DNA of 63,408 bases, counting the filler, from Nitrospinota bacterium (GTDB lineage: Bacteria > JAUXIQ01): assembly GCA_030620925.1 (NCBI GenBank). It is 8 parts of 8 records of this genome, joined end to end, with 100 filler letters (N's around TTAATTAATTAA, not from the genome) between each part and the next. Parts side by side here need not be neighbours in the genome. Positions count along the whole stretch, not along the records: positions 26,916 to 36,653 come from JAUXIQ010000046.1; positions 36,754 to 43,677 come from JAUXIQ010000103.1; 6 more parts are not named here. One strand, written 5' to 3'. The translations under genes were made by a program, and so were the position numbers. Of the stretch, positions 32,854 to 42,109 are shown in pieces (positions within the stretch are counted from its first letter, which is position 1; the number at the start of each line of letters is the position of its first letter). Below the pieces are notes generated by a model, which saw nothing but the letters and a program-made list of their open reading frames with translations, was not told the DNA's origin and did not search any database.

Positions 32854-32917
32854 AAAGCATAATCCTCACAAGTCAGTTTAAGTCCGCCGTGCGGATTTTA
32901 TAATCCAACGGCAATGT

Positions 32918-33868
32918 TTAGATATCCAGTTTTTCCGAGATTCCCGAAAGGACGCCTGATGCGTCGTTGACCAGCTCGTCAATGACTTCTTTGACTGATT
33001 TAACTTCCCGCACCAGGCCCGCTATCTGCCCCGCCATCAACGAACCTTCATCCAGATTCCCTTCGATGAGGGCGGCTTTGGTGCGGCCTGAGCCTATGAA
33101 CTCAAGCAGTTCCTCATGGGGTGCACCGGCATGCTCTCTTTCCAGGATCTGTTCAGCGAGCTTATTTTTAAGCATGCGCACGGGCGCGTGGCTCCTGCCG
33201 GTTATTACCGTAGAGGTATCAGAGGATGCCAGGATCGACTCTTTAACGTTTTGATGGGCGACGCATTCTTTGGTGGCTATGAACCTGGTCCCCATCTGGA
33301 CTCCCTCTGCGCCCAGGGCCAGGGCGGCTATCAAGCCTCTGGAGTCTCCGAGTCCCCCCGCCGCCACCACCGGGACGTCGATGGCGTCGACAACCTGGGG
33401 GATGAGGGCCATAGTGGTTATCTCGTCCACTCCGTTGTGTCCTCCGGCTTCGTATCCTTCCGCTACTACGGCGTTTACCCCGGCGTCCGCAGCTTTCTGT
33501 GCCATGCGAACGGAGGGGACCACGTGCATGACTTTGAGTCCGGCCTCCTGGAGCCAGCCGGTAAACTTGGCCGGGTTGCCGGCAGAGGTTATGGCTACGT
33601 CCACCTTCTTGTCCGCCACCATCTCCAACACTCCTTGAGACAGGGGGTCGATGAGGGGGATGTTCACACCGAACGATTTGTCGGTAAGCTCCCGCATGGT
33701 CTCAATATCTTCCGCCAACTGTTCTTTGGATTGGCTCCCTCTCAGAACGCCCATTCCACCCGCGTTACAGACCGCGGCAGCCAGCTCCGTGGTGGATATC
33801 CATACCATACCCCCTTGCAGTATGGGGTACTTTATTCCAAGAAGTTCGCAGATTCTGTTCTTGGCCAT
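32918..33868 (-). CDS. Enoyl-ACP reductase FabK / nitronate monooxygenase family
   Basis: PILQGGMVW, EGYEAGGH, VAAGGLGD.RG, GSLMAGQIAG. Confidence 0.88.
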   Translation of the reverse strand: MAKNRICELLGIKYPILQGGMVWISTTELAAAVCNAGGMGVLRGSQSKEQLAEDIETMRELTDKSFGVNIPLIDPLSQGVLEMVADKKVDVAITSAGNPAKFTGWLQEAGLKVMHVVPSVRMAQKAADAGVNAVVAEGYEAGGHNGVDEITTMALIPQVVDAIDVPVVAAGGLGDSRGLIAALALGAEGVQMGTRFIATKECVAHQNVKESILASSDTSTVITGRSHAPVRMLKNKLAEQILEREHAGAPHEELLEFIGSGRTKAALIEGNLDEGSLMAGQIAGLVREVKSVKEVIDELVNDASGVLSGISEKLDI

Positions 33869-33956
33869 TACCGTCTCCTTTTCGATCTTTTTTAAGTTGC
33901 TGTCATTTGTAAACGAAAAGAGTTTTCATTGTGTGCCGCTCGCAGAGCGGTTAAAT

Positions 33957-34604
33957 TTAAGATTTCGTTTCCGCCAGCCATAACGCCCGGAAGTTGCCGC
34001 TCTTCAGAGAGTCTATAAGGTCGGAGTTGTCCTTGATTTCGACTTCGAAATGCGTGAGGCAGGCGGCGAACTCCCTCAAATAATGAGCGTCGCTGCCGCC
34101 GATTCCTCGAAATCTGCCGTTGTGCAGTGCCATGAAAGCCAGCGCCCTTTCGTTTTCCTTCCTGGAGTTGGTGCCGTTGAGGCTTTCTATGATATTGATG
34201 CTGTTCAGGTGGTCGAGAGCCATGCCGAAACTGTTTGCCGAGTAGCGGAAGGGATGGGTGGGAACGATAACGCCCCCCATAGACTCTATCTTCTCTATCC
34301 TGTCATTACCGCGCAGGTCATACTTCGTCTTCATATACTCTTTATAGTGCTCCTCGGTATCAAGGATTATGAGAGCGTGTCCGTAATAGAGGCTGTCTTC
34401 CATGATGGTGAGCACGGTGAGGCCGCTTTCTTCCAGCAGTTTTTGATCGGGTATGGGCTCTTTGTAGCGGTCGTGCTCGGAGATACATATGCCGTCTATC
34501 TGATAACCTTCCTCTTTCAATTCCACTGCTTGTTTCATATAGTCGTTGAGGGTTGCAGAGGAATCCCAGGAGCCCTCTGCGTGCACGTGCATGTCAATGT
34601 ACAT
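33957..34604 (-). CDS. PHP-domain metal-dependent phosphoesterase
   Basis: DMHVH, SEHD, HPFR, GGSDAH. Confidence 0.85.
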   Translation of the reverse strand: MYIDMHVHAEGSWDSSATLNDYMKQAVELKEEGYQIDGICISEHDRYKEPIPDQKLLEESGLTVLTIMEDSLYYGHALIILDTEEHYKEYMKTKYDLRGNDRIEKIESMGGVIVPTHPFRYSANSFGMALDHLNSINIIESLNGTNSRKENERALAFMALHNGRFRGIGGSDAHYLREFAACLTHFEVEIKDNSDLIDSLKSGNFRALWLAETKS

Positions 34605-34722
34605 GGGTTTGTTCCGTCCTCTTGCATCTTTTGCGATTCCAGCGTAAGTTTAGGTGTAAAATCTCCTTATGCTAATACTAATTTAAATTCCACGCCGTTT
34701 CAATAGAAATAGGGATTGGGCC

Positions 34723-35700
34723 ATGAACGGGGCGAATATCGAGCAGCGTTTTGTGGGAACCATAGTGGGTGCGGCGGTGGGGGACGCATTGGGCGCACCC
34801 TTCGAGGGCTGGTCGGCGGCGGCCATGAAAGACGTGCCCGATCTGTTTGATGGATACAGGAGGATCGGCGCGTACCCCTCAGGGCAAGACACTGATGATA
34901 CGCAGCTCACCCTGGCCCTGGCGGAATCGCTGATAAATCGGCGGGGAGTTGACGGAGCGGATATAGCGGAGAAATACGCTGACCTGTGGCGCACGGAGAC
35001 CATCGTGGGGCAGGGGGCGAGCTGCCACGAAGCGATGATGAAGCTTATAAGCGGGCGGTCTGATTGGACTCAGTGCGGCACCGAGGAGGGCAGGGCGGGG
35101 AACGGTACGGCCATGCGGGTGAGCCCCATCGGTCTCTGGGACTGCGATAGCCGGGAGGATATCCCCCGCCATGCCGAGGTATCCAGCATAATTACCCATA
35201 AAGACCCCAGGGCCACCGCGGGGGCCATAGCAGTGGCGGCGGCAGTGGCTTACTGCATCAATTACGACGGATTTTTAGTGAGGGATTTTCTTCACAGGAT
35301 AAGTGCGCTGGTAGAACCCTATAGTGAGGAGTTCGCGGGGCATTTAGTGGAGCTGGGGGAGTGGATGAAATTAAATAATGAGGAAGATGCGCTCTACAGG
35401 ATCGCCGCAGCCGGTTGGCGGAGACCAGAAGACCGCCTGGATTATATAACCCCCTTCGTTATCCCCACCGTGCTTATGGCTCTATACGCATTCATGAGAA
35501 GCCCGGACGATTATTGCCGCAGCGTGGAGAGGGCGATTCGGGCCGGAGGCGACGTCGATACCACGGGGGCCATCACCGGGGCCATCAGCGGCGCTTTCAA
35601 TGGCATAGAAGCCATCCCCGCTCACCTGGTCTCAGGACTGAAGGACAGCGAATACATAAAAGGTGTTGCCACCCGTCTGTTCGAAGCGAAACAAGGATAA
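34723..35700 (+). CDS. ADP-ribosylglycohydrolase family protein (DraG-like)
   Basis: GAAVGDALGAPFE, TDDTQL, GNGTAMR, GGDVDTTGAITGA. Confidence 0.92.
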   Translation: MNGANIEQRFVGTIVGAAVGDALGAPFEGWSAAAMKDVPDLFDGYRRIGAYPSGQDTDDTQLTLALAESLINRRGVDGADIAEKYADLWRTETIVGQGASCHEAMMKLISGRSDWTQCGTEEGRAGNGTAMRVSPIGLWDCDSREDIPRHAEVSSIITHKDPRATAGAIAVAAAVAYCINYDGFLVRDFLHRISALVEPYSEEFAGHLVELGEWMKLNNEEDALYRIAAAGWRRPEDRLDYITPFVIPTVLMALYAFMRSPDDYCRSVERAIRAGGDVDTTGAITGAISGAFNGIEAIPAHLVSGLKDSEYIKGVATRLFEAKQG

Positions 35701-35702
35701 TC

Positions 35703-35824
35703 GGGGGGAACCTTTCTGTAGAAAAGTTCCCCCCAAACCCCCTTCCAAAGACTTTTGTGAAAGGGGTTACATAGAAGTTTTGGGAGGGAGTTTGAGGGAA
35801 CCCTTTTTCAAAAGGGTTCCCTCA
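35703..35824. repeat. Inverted pair of REP-like palindromic units (BIME-like) between convergent genes; probable bidirectional terminator
   Basis: GGGGGGAACcttt...aaaaGTTCCCCCC plus tail (35703-35756), and an inverted unit ending GAGGGAACCCTTTTtcAAAAGGGTTCCCTC (35774-35824). Confidence 0.8.
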
Positions 35825-35828
35825 GCCA

Positions 35829-36653
35829 CTACAGCCCTATCTGTCGGGCGATGATGTTCTTCTGAATCTGGCTGGTGCCTCCACCGATGGGCGCCAGGAC
35901 AGCGTTCCTCAGGTGGCGCTGCATGTCGAACTCGTTCATATAGCCATAGCCGCCCATGACCTGCATGCCCGTGAGGGCGGCCTTCTTGGTCATTTCACTG
36001 GCGAACAGTTTGGCCATGGCGGCCTCCTTGGCGCAGGGCTGGTCTTCTTTCCTCAGCCAGGCCGCCCTGTAGACGAGCCAGCGGGCCGCTTCCAGCTCCG
36101 TGGCGACTTCCGCCAGCATGTGCTGCACGGCCTGAAACTTTCCTATAGGCTGCCCGAACTGGACGCGCTCCTTGGAATATTGGATTGCCTCTTCAAGGGT
36201 CAGCCTGCCCTCACCGACGTAACCGGCGCCGATGACGATCCGCTCCACGTTGAGGGTGGTGAACACCTGTTTCCATCCGTCGTGCAGTCGCTCCGGGCCT
36301 CCCAATATGGCGTCCTGGGGTACCACCACGTCTTCATAGACCAGCTCGCAGGAGGCGACGGCGCGTCCCCCGAACTTGTCCAGCGGCATGGCGGAGAAGC
36401 CTTTGTTTTTGGTATCCACGAAGAAAATTGTCAGCCCTTTGTGTTTGGGGACGTTGGGGTCGGTGCGGGTTACGGTCATAACGTAGTCGGCCACGTGGGA
36501 GCCGGTGATGAACATTTTATTGCCGTTGATGATGAAGTTGTCCCCGTCCTGCACGGCGCGGGTCTGCGTGTTTGCCGCGTCTGATCCGGCGTTGGGCTCG
36601 GTGAGCCCGAAGGCGAAGCGCAGCTCGCCTCTGGCGATGGCGGGCAGATAATG
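35829..36653 (-). CDS. Acyl-CoA dehydrogenase (5' truncated by contig edge)
   Basis: FGLTEPNAGSDA, NGNKMFI, RVQFGQPI, QVMGGYGY, GGTSQIQ. Confidence 0.93.
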   Translation of the reverse strand, partial: HYLPAIARGELRFAFGLTEPNAGSDAANTQTRAVQDGDNFIINGNKMFITGSHVADYVMTVTRTDPNVPKHKGLTIFFVDTKNKGFSAMPLDKFGGRAVASCELVYEDVVVPQDAILGGPERLHDGWKQVFTTLNVERIVIGAGYVGEGRLTLEEAIQYSKERVQFGQPIGKFQAVQHMLAEVATELEAARWLVYRAAWLRKEDQPCAKEAAMAKLFASEMTKKAALTGMQVMGGYGYMNEFDMQRHLRNAVLAPIGGGTSQIQKNIIARQIGL

Positions 36654-36753
36654 NNNNNNNNNNNNNNNNNNNNNNNNNNNNNNNNNNNNNNNNNNNNTTA
36701 ATTAATTAANNNNNNNNNNNNNNNNNNNNNNNNNNNNNNNNNNNNNNNNNNNN
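36654..36753. other. Artificial contig linker
   Basis: N-TTAATTAATTAA-N. Confidence 0.99.
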
Positions 36754-37309
36754 ATACCCTGAGGAAAAGGAACGCCTTTTCCCCGGCCGACTGCCGGTCC
36801 ATCCAATATTTAATATGGCCTTCCAGGTCCAGGCATACTATGGACGGTCTTATCCCCGCCTCTTCCAGCAGGTTGATATACCCTTCCAGGGTGGTCTTTT
36901 CAGCCGCTGCTATCGCTCCTTCCAGGCCGCCGGAACGCCCGGCGGTGCGCAGACGGTAACCATAAATAACGCTTTCCAGGGGGATGGGAATATGTTTTTC
37001 CACCTCGAACCTGAGGATTTTCTCAGCGTCCTCGCGGGCGACTTCCGGGAGCTGTAAGTATGTGGTGATGGCCTCCCGAGCGGAGATGGATAGAACGACG
37101 GTCTCCGTATTCAAGCGGTTCCGCAGCACGAAAGAGCTTATCTCATCGCTGTATCCCTTGTCTTCAAGCCAGGAAAACCCGTCGCCGCCGGGGAGGATGA
37201 TCCTGTTGTATGCCCGGAGTATGTACAACCGGTAAGAGCGCTCCAGGTAGGAAAGCGTCAGCGCTTCACGGTCCACGGCAACGATACATATGTTTTTCGG
37301 CTTGCCCAA
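36754..37309 (-). CDS. gspL: T2SS GspL / PilM-like protein (3' truncated)
   Basis: LQLPEV...KILRFEVEKHIP.P, AGIRP; TTG start behind AGGAG; position after gspK. Confidence 0.7.
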
Positions 37310-37530
37310 AACAGCACTCCTTTTGCTGTGCGGACTGTTGTGCTCCCATCCGCCCGCAGGGCTCCTCGCAACTTTATGCGGGTAGAAGCATCTGTCTACG
37401 TAGGTATTATAGCGAATATAGGCCAGTTTTAGCAAACAGCAACCGCCCGGCTTGCAAGGCGGCTTCACATCTACCGAACACCCCTGAAGAGGAATTCCCC
37501 CATGAAAACCCTCATCTCAGAACCGCTCTT

Positions 37531-38532
37531 TCAGGGCCGGTAAAAGTTATCGTTCCAGCCGGTGATCCGTAGTACGTTCTGCCGCCCCCTTCCGCGCCGC
37601 AATACGTCCGCCCGGATGACTCTCTTTCCCTCCCCCATATCGTTGCTTCCGGTGGCCTCTATGGTAAAGTAACTCGATTTCAGGGCGGGTCTGAACGTCC
37701 CCCTGGGGAACCTGTTCAGGAGCGCGGGTATGGAGCGATGGGGTCGGCCTGAAAGCAGGGTAACAAGTTTGGCATCATCGTATCCCAGGGCTCTGAGCAC
37801 CTCCTCCGGCGCGGAATTGATGTTCACCCTGTTGGAGCCGGTGATACTGATGAAATTCACCAATCCTTTATATCCCCCTTCCTCGACGTCCTTATAAGGC
37901 GTTCCGTAAAATATTTCCGCGGTTACCCCCTTGATCAGCAACAACTCTTCAACGGTGCTGAAACGTCCGTCCTTGGCGTGATAGGGGGGGGTCAGGCTCA
38001 AATAATAGCTGTCTTCCGCTCCGTTCAGGCGGTGGAGGTCGTCTTTGTCCACCCAATCCTGCATGGAATCTACTATGGTATCCCTCGTCTTTTTTTCCTT
38101 GATCCCCGTTTGCAGTAGTAGCTCATTCAGTATTGAGCTGTTTCTCACCGCCACGTTGACGTTGATCCTCCCTTCCTTATCTATTACTCGATAACTGTAA
38201 GTGCCTTCTCCCAGGTGGGTTCTCCGCCCGGCGGCCATCTCACCCCCCATTCCAGGTGTTTCCATTATCCCCCCCGGCAACGGCTCGATCTTTGCGAAGA
38301 CTACGTTCCCTTCGCCATCCAGGTAATTGAAATCGAAGTCGACGGACAATTCGGCCAACGCTCTCTCCACGCCGGCCCTGGCCAGATAGTAGAATTGCAT
38401 GTCATCTTTAAAATTCCTGGTAATGTTAACCTCGGTGCGCATGGAATAAGCGAACTCGGTCACTATGACCGTGAGGAGCGCCATTATCCACAATACCATC
38501 AGGAGAGCTATGCCCCGCTCATTTCTTTTCAT
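37531..38532 (-). CDS. gspK: T2SS minor pseudopilin GspK
   Basis: ERG|IALLMVLW, DKEGRINVN, DWVDKDD, GAEDSYY, EELLLIKG, VNINSAP. Confidence 0.92.
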   Translation of the reverse strand: MKRNERGIALLMVLWIMALLTVIVTEFAYSMRTEVNITRNFKDDMQFYYLARAGVERALAELSVDFDFNYLDGEGNVVFAKIEPLPGGIMETPGMGGEMAAGRRTHLGEGTYSYRVIDKEGRINVNVAVRNSSILNELLLQTGIKEKKTRDTIVDSMQDWVDKDDLHRLNGAEDSYYLSLTPPYHAKDGRFSTVEELLLIKGVTAEIFYGTPYKDVEEGGYKGLVNFISITGSNRVNINSAPEEVLRALGYDDAKLVTLLSGRPHRSIPALLNRFPRGTFRPALKSSYFTIEATGSNDMGEGKRVIRADVLRRGRGRQNVLRITGWNDNFYRP

Positions 38533-39203
38533 CTGCTCGGCACTCCCCTGGAAGTGCCGCCTCTCACCGCTGCGGCGGAAGTGTTTATTATACGACCGGT
38601 ATATATGGGTACGATTACAGGGGGCAGTTCTATCCTTTTATCCTCTTCGATGACCGCGGTGAGAGTTATCTCCACCGCGCCCGGAAGCCCGCGAAATTCT
38701 TTAGAGTCCCAATTCTTAAACCATTCCTTGATATCACCCTTCTCATTATAGTATCTGAACTCAATACTTTCCGCTCCGTCGAAAAGGGGGACCGCCTTCC
38801 CCCCCGTAACCGATTCGTCGAAGGGATAACCCTCCTCCATCACCAGCCGACCCTGGGAATCGATGTAATAGGAGACCCTGCGCACCCCGTAGATGTCTGA
38901 AAGAGGCCCAAGCCCCCCGGTGGTGGTGTGGAAGGTGACCTTGTCGTTTTCACCGACGAAACTGGTGACCTTGTCGCTGTCTGCATGGAAGGCCGAGCGC
39001 ATATCCTCCATGATCTGCTCGGTCATCATCCTCAGGTGCTGATATCCGTCCACCCGCTGGTGCCCCTTCTCCCAGGAGCGTATTCCCAGCCTCAACACAC
39101 CCACCATTATGCCTATGATCATGGCCCCGATGGTGAATGCTACAAGCAGCTCTAAAAGGGTGAACCCTTTGCTGGAGTTTTTCCTCCGTTCAACCTCAAG
39201 CAT
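38529..39203 (-). CDS. gspJ: T2SS minor pseudopilin GspJ
   Basis: KG|FTLLELLVA, C-terminal W...W......LP.AVEI; gene order. Confidence 0.85.
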   Translation of the reverse strand: MLEVERRKNSSKGFTLLELLVAFTIGAMIIGIMVGVLRLGIRSWEKGHQRVDGYQHLRMMTEQIMEDMRSAFHADSDKVTSFVGENDKVTFHTTTGGLGPLSDIYGVRRVSYYIDSQGRLVMEEGYPFDESVTGGKAVPLFDGAESIEFRYYNEKGDIKEWFKNWDSKEFRGLPGAVEITLTAVIEEDKRIELPPVIVPIYTGRIINTSAAAVRGGTSRGVPSR

Positions 39204-39228
39204 GAAAGCGTCATCCTCCTGAAGGCCG

Positions 39229-39645
39229 CTAGGGATTCACCGCGGGGCTGGTTTTAAGCGTGCTCAGCTCCACATACTTCTGGCGCCCGAGCCCGGGCCA
39301 TTTCACCCGTACTTTTAAAACGTGCGCCTGGACGTTTGCGTAGCGATCATCTTCCTCATCGCTCAACGGATGAGGCAAAACCTCCGTTTCCCAGGTATAG
39401 TCTGTTCCCTCGATCACCCCGCTCCCGGCCCCACCCTCCTGATTCTCATAAAAAACGGCTTCTTCCATTTTCTGTCGGGCGTAGAGGAGGGCCATGGTAT
39501 ACTCTTCTGAAACCTTGACCGAGCGAAGGCCCCCTGCAAACAGTTGCATCACCAGCACCAACCCCATGCCCAGGATGGCCAGGGCCACCATCACCTCAAG
39601 CAGCGTAAACCCCCGCCGATGTGTCTTAAAATCTTTCTTTCTCAA
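39229..39645 (-). CDS. gspI: T2SS minor pseudopilin GspI
   Basis: RG|FTLLEVMVALAI; gene order. Confidence 0.85.
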   Translation of the reverse strand: MRKKDFKTHRRGFTLLEVMVALAILGMGLVLVMQLFAGGLRSVKVSEEYTMALLYARQKMEEAVFYENQEGGAGSGVIEGTDYTWETEVLPHPLSDEEDDRYANVQAHVLKVRVKWPGLGRQKYVELSTLKTSPAVNP

Positions 39646-40204
39646 GGCTTTTTATCCTCACCTTTCCCGTAATCGCATCCACATTAAGGTGATAACCGGT
39701 CTTTCCCCATTTTAAAATCAGTGACGACCCGCTGGAATTCCCTTTGGCGTAGAACCTTATCTCCAGAAGGTCCTCCCGGCCGGAGGAGGAATAAGACTCT
39801 TCTTCCCTTTCCACTACAAGCCCCGGAGGCAGTTTTCCCCTCCGCAAACTGATACCCGGTGCAGACGATGCGCCCGTTCCCGCTTCCTTTCCCGCTCCGT
39901 TTCCGGCATAGCGTAAAACTTTTGAAGGGGCAAGGGTATAGACGCCCTTCCGGGTATCGATGATCACCTTATACGTTTCTTTTGTATGTACTGCCTGGCT
40001 TCTGGCATGGCGGAGAGCGGCGGCAAGCTCTCTGATGGCGGTCCGGTGGCGGAGGGTTTCCACGCTCTTCCTCACATCGGGAGCGATCAAGGCCAGGGCC
40101 AAACCCATGATGACCAGAACGACGACGAGTTCAAGAAAGGTAAATCCGCCCTGGGACGAAGAGCTGAGCGAACAGCTTCTCCTTCGGCCCAAAAGCGAAA
40201 GCAT
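39626..40204 (-). CDS. gspH: T2SS minor pseudopilin GspH/FimT-like (start uncertain, 40204-40294)
   Basis: GG|FTFLELVVVL, ARSQA, IRFYAKGNSSG, VDAITG. Confidence 0.85.
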   Translation of the reverse strand: MLSLLGRRRSCSLSSSSQGGFTFLELVVVLVIMGLALALIAPDVRKSVETLRHRTAIRELAAALRHARSQAVHTKETYKVIIDTRKGVYTLAPSKVLRYAGNGAGKEAGTGASSAPGISLRRGKLPPGLVVEREEESYSSSGREDLLEIRFYAKGNSSGSSLILKWGKTGYHLNVDAITGKVRIKSLEKERF

Positions 40205-40256
40205 GGAGGGGTATTTCCCCTGGCTCTTTTTCCCCCGGTCCGAGATCACGGCCGCC

Positions 40257-40655
40257 TCATTCCCAGCTGTTGATGGGTTTGTCGCCTCCACCATTCGAGG
40301 TCAGCCGGTAGTCCTTGCCGCCGTCCTGAACCTCATACAGGTACTCTTCGCCCCAGGGGTCCAGGGGAATCTTGTTCTTCCTCAGGTAGGGACCATCCCA
40401 TTTGTCTTGCGAAGATTGGACCAGCTCCTCCAACCTGTTGGGGTATCCCCCCAGGTCCAGGCGGTAGCTGTCAAGCGCGGTGGCGAACAGCTCTATCTGA
40501 GCCCGCGCCGTCGCTCTCTTGGATTTCTCCACCTTGCCGAAAAGGCGCGGCCCCACGAGGGACGCCAGCAGGCCGATGATTACTATCACCACCAGCAATT
40601 CTATGAGCGTGAACCCCCTCTGCCTGGATCCGGCTCTCGCATCTCCCATGCCCAT
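40257..40655 (-). CDS. gspG: T2SS major pseudopilin GspG
   Basis: RG|FTLIELLVV, ALDSYRLD.G.YP, WDGPYL, DPWG..Y.Y, SWE. Confidence 0.92.
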   Translation of the reverse strand: MGMGDARAGSRQRGFTLIELLVVIVIIGLLASLVGPRLFGKVEKSKRATARAQIELFATALDSYRLDLGGYPNRLEELVQSSQDKWDGPYLRKNKIPLDPWGEEYLYEVQDGGKDYRLTSNGGGDKPINSWE

Positions 40656-40753
40656 ATCCGGGTACCTCCACTCGAGGAAAAATTTATACCGGAAAGACTG
40701 CTCAACCTCTCACAACAAACACTTTTAAGCTCAACTGCCATCCCGATGCGGAA

Positions 40754-41971
40754 TTAAAAAGGAATATCGTTTATGCTGAAAATGGCCAGAAGCATGGACA
40801 ACACTATGAACCCCACTATGGCCCCCAGGATGAGTATCATGGTCGGCTCCATGAGTGCTATGAGCCTCTTAACGGTGGTTTGCACCTGCTTCTCATAGGT
40901 ATCAGCAGCCTTGTACAGCATCATCTCCAGGTTGCCCGTCTCTTCACCGACAGACACCATCCTGATGAACAGGGGAGGGAAAACGCCCGTCTTGTCCAGC
41001 GGCTCGGAGATTCCTCCTCCCTCCCTGAGCCTCTCGCTTGCTTCCCGAACCGCCCTGGCGAAAACCCGGTTACCGACCGAATCTCCGACCACCAGCAGGG
41101 ATTGATAGAGAGGAATACCGTTGGCCAGCAGCGTCCCCAGTGTTCGGGCGAAGCGAGCGGTTTCATTGAGCAGAAAAAACTTCCCCAGCACCGGCAGCTT
41201 TATCTTGGTGCCGTCATACCAGACCGATCCCTGCTCCGTGTTCCGGTAAGCGCGTATGCTCAGAAGCACCGCCGTGATGCACAGGGCTATCAACCACCAA
41301 TAATCCTTCACTCCCACGCTCAAAGTAATCAGCACCTGGGTAGAGGCGGGCAGTGCTCTTCCCTGCTCGGCGAAAATCTGGGCGAACCTGGGTATCACCA
41401 TGGTGAGCAGTATGGCCACCGCCGCGCCGCCCACGGTGACCAGTATGATGGGGTAGAGCATGGCCGAAATTATATACTCCCTTACCTCCTGCGCATTTTC
41501 CATGTACCCCGCCAACCGCTCCACGACGTTCTCCAGGAAGCCCCCCGTCTCACCGGCACGAACCATGTTCACGTAGGTGTTGGAAAACAGTCTGGGGTGC
41601 TGCGCCAGGCACTCGGAGAGGGAGCTTCCGCTCCTCAGCTCATTGAGAATTTCGCGGATAACTTCTCTCATTCGGGGATTTTCCGCCAGGTCTGAAAGGG
41701 TGTCCAGACTCCGCTCAAGCGGGAAACCGGCGCTCAGGAGGGTGGCCAGCTCACGGGTGAAGGTGGTCACGTCCAGACTCTTGACCCTTTTGAAATAAAC
41801 TCCGACCTCTGCGCCGGACTGGACGTCGAGGGCCGAGGGTGTCTCAACTTTTATGGGATATAGACCAAGTGACTGGAGGCGGTTCACCACCACCTGCTCA
41901 TCCCTGGCTTCCATGGTGCCGTCCACTATGCCGCCCTCTTTGTTGGCGGCTTTATATGTGTAGTGTGCCAT
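40754..41971 (-). CDS. gspF: T2SS inner membrane platform protein GspF
   Basis: Two T2SSF repeats: AGETGG.L, YP.IL, VGEETGNL, EP.MIL. Confidence 0.93.
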   Translation of the reverse strand: MAHYTYKAANKEGGIVDGTMEARDEQVVVNRLQSLGLYPIKVETPSALDVQSGAEVGVYFKRVKSLDVTTFTRELATLLSAGFPLERSLDTLSDLAENPRMREVIREILNELRSGSSLSECLAQHPRLFSNTYVNMVRAGETGGFLENVVERLAGYMENAQEVREYIISAMLYPIILVTVGGAAVAILLTMVIPRFAQIFAEQGRALPASTQVLITLSVGVKDYWWLIALCITAVLLSIRAYRNTEQGSVWYDGTKIKLPVLGKFFLLNETARFARTLGTLLANGIPLYQSLLVVGDSVGNRVFARAVREASERLREGGGISEPLDKTGVFPPLFIRMVSVGEETGNLEMMLYKAADTYEKQVQTTVKRLIALMEPTMILILGAIVGFIVLSMLLAIFSINDIPF

Positions 41972-42109
41972 TCTCTTCGAACCCCTGTTTTAAGGGCATT
42001 CTTTATGTTAGACGAAGGAAGCGATGCCTCGAATATATCGCATTTCACCCCCCTGGAGGATTTCCTGATAGGAAGGACGCGAGGGGCGTATGGTCTTCCC
42101 CTCACGCTG

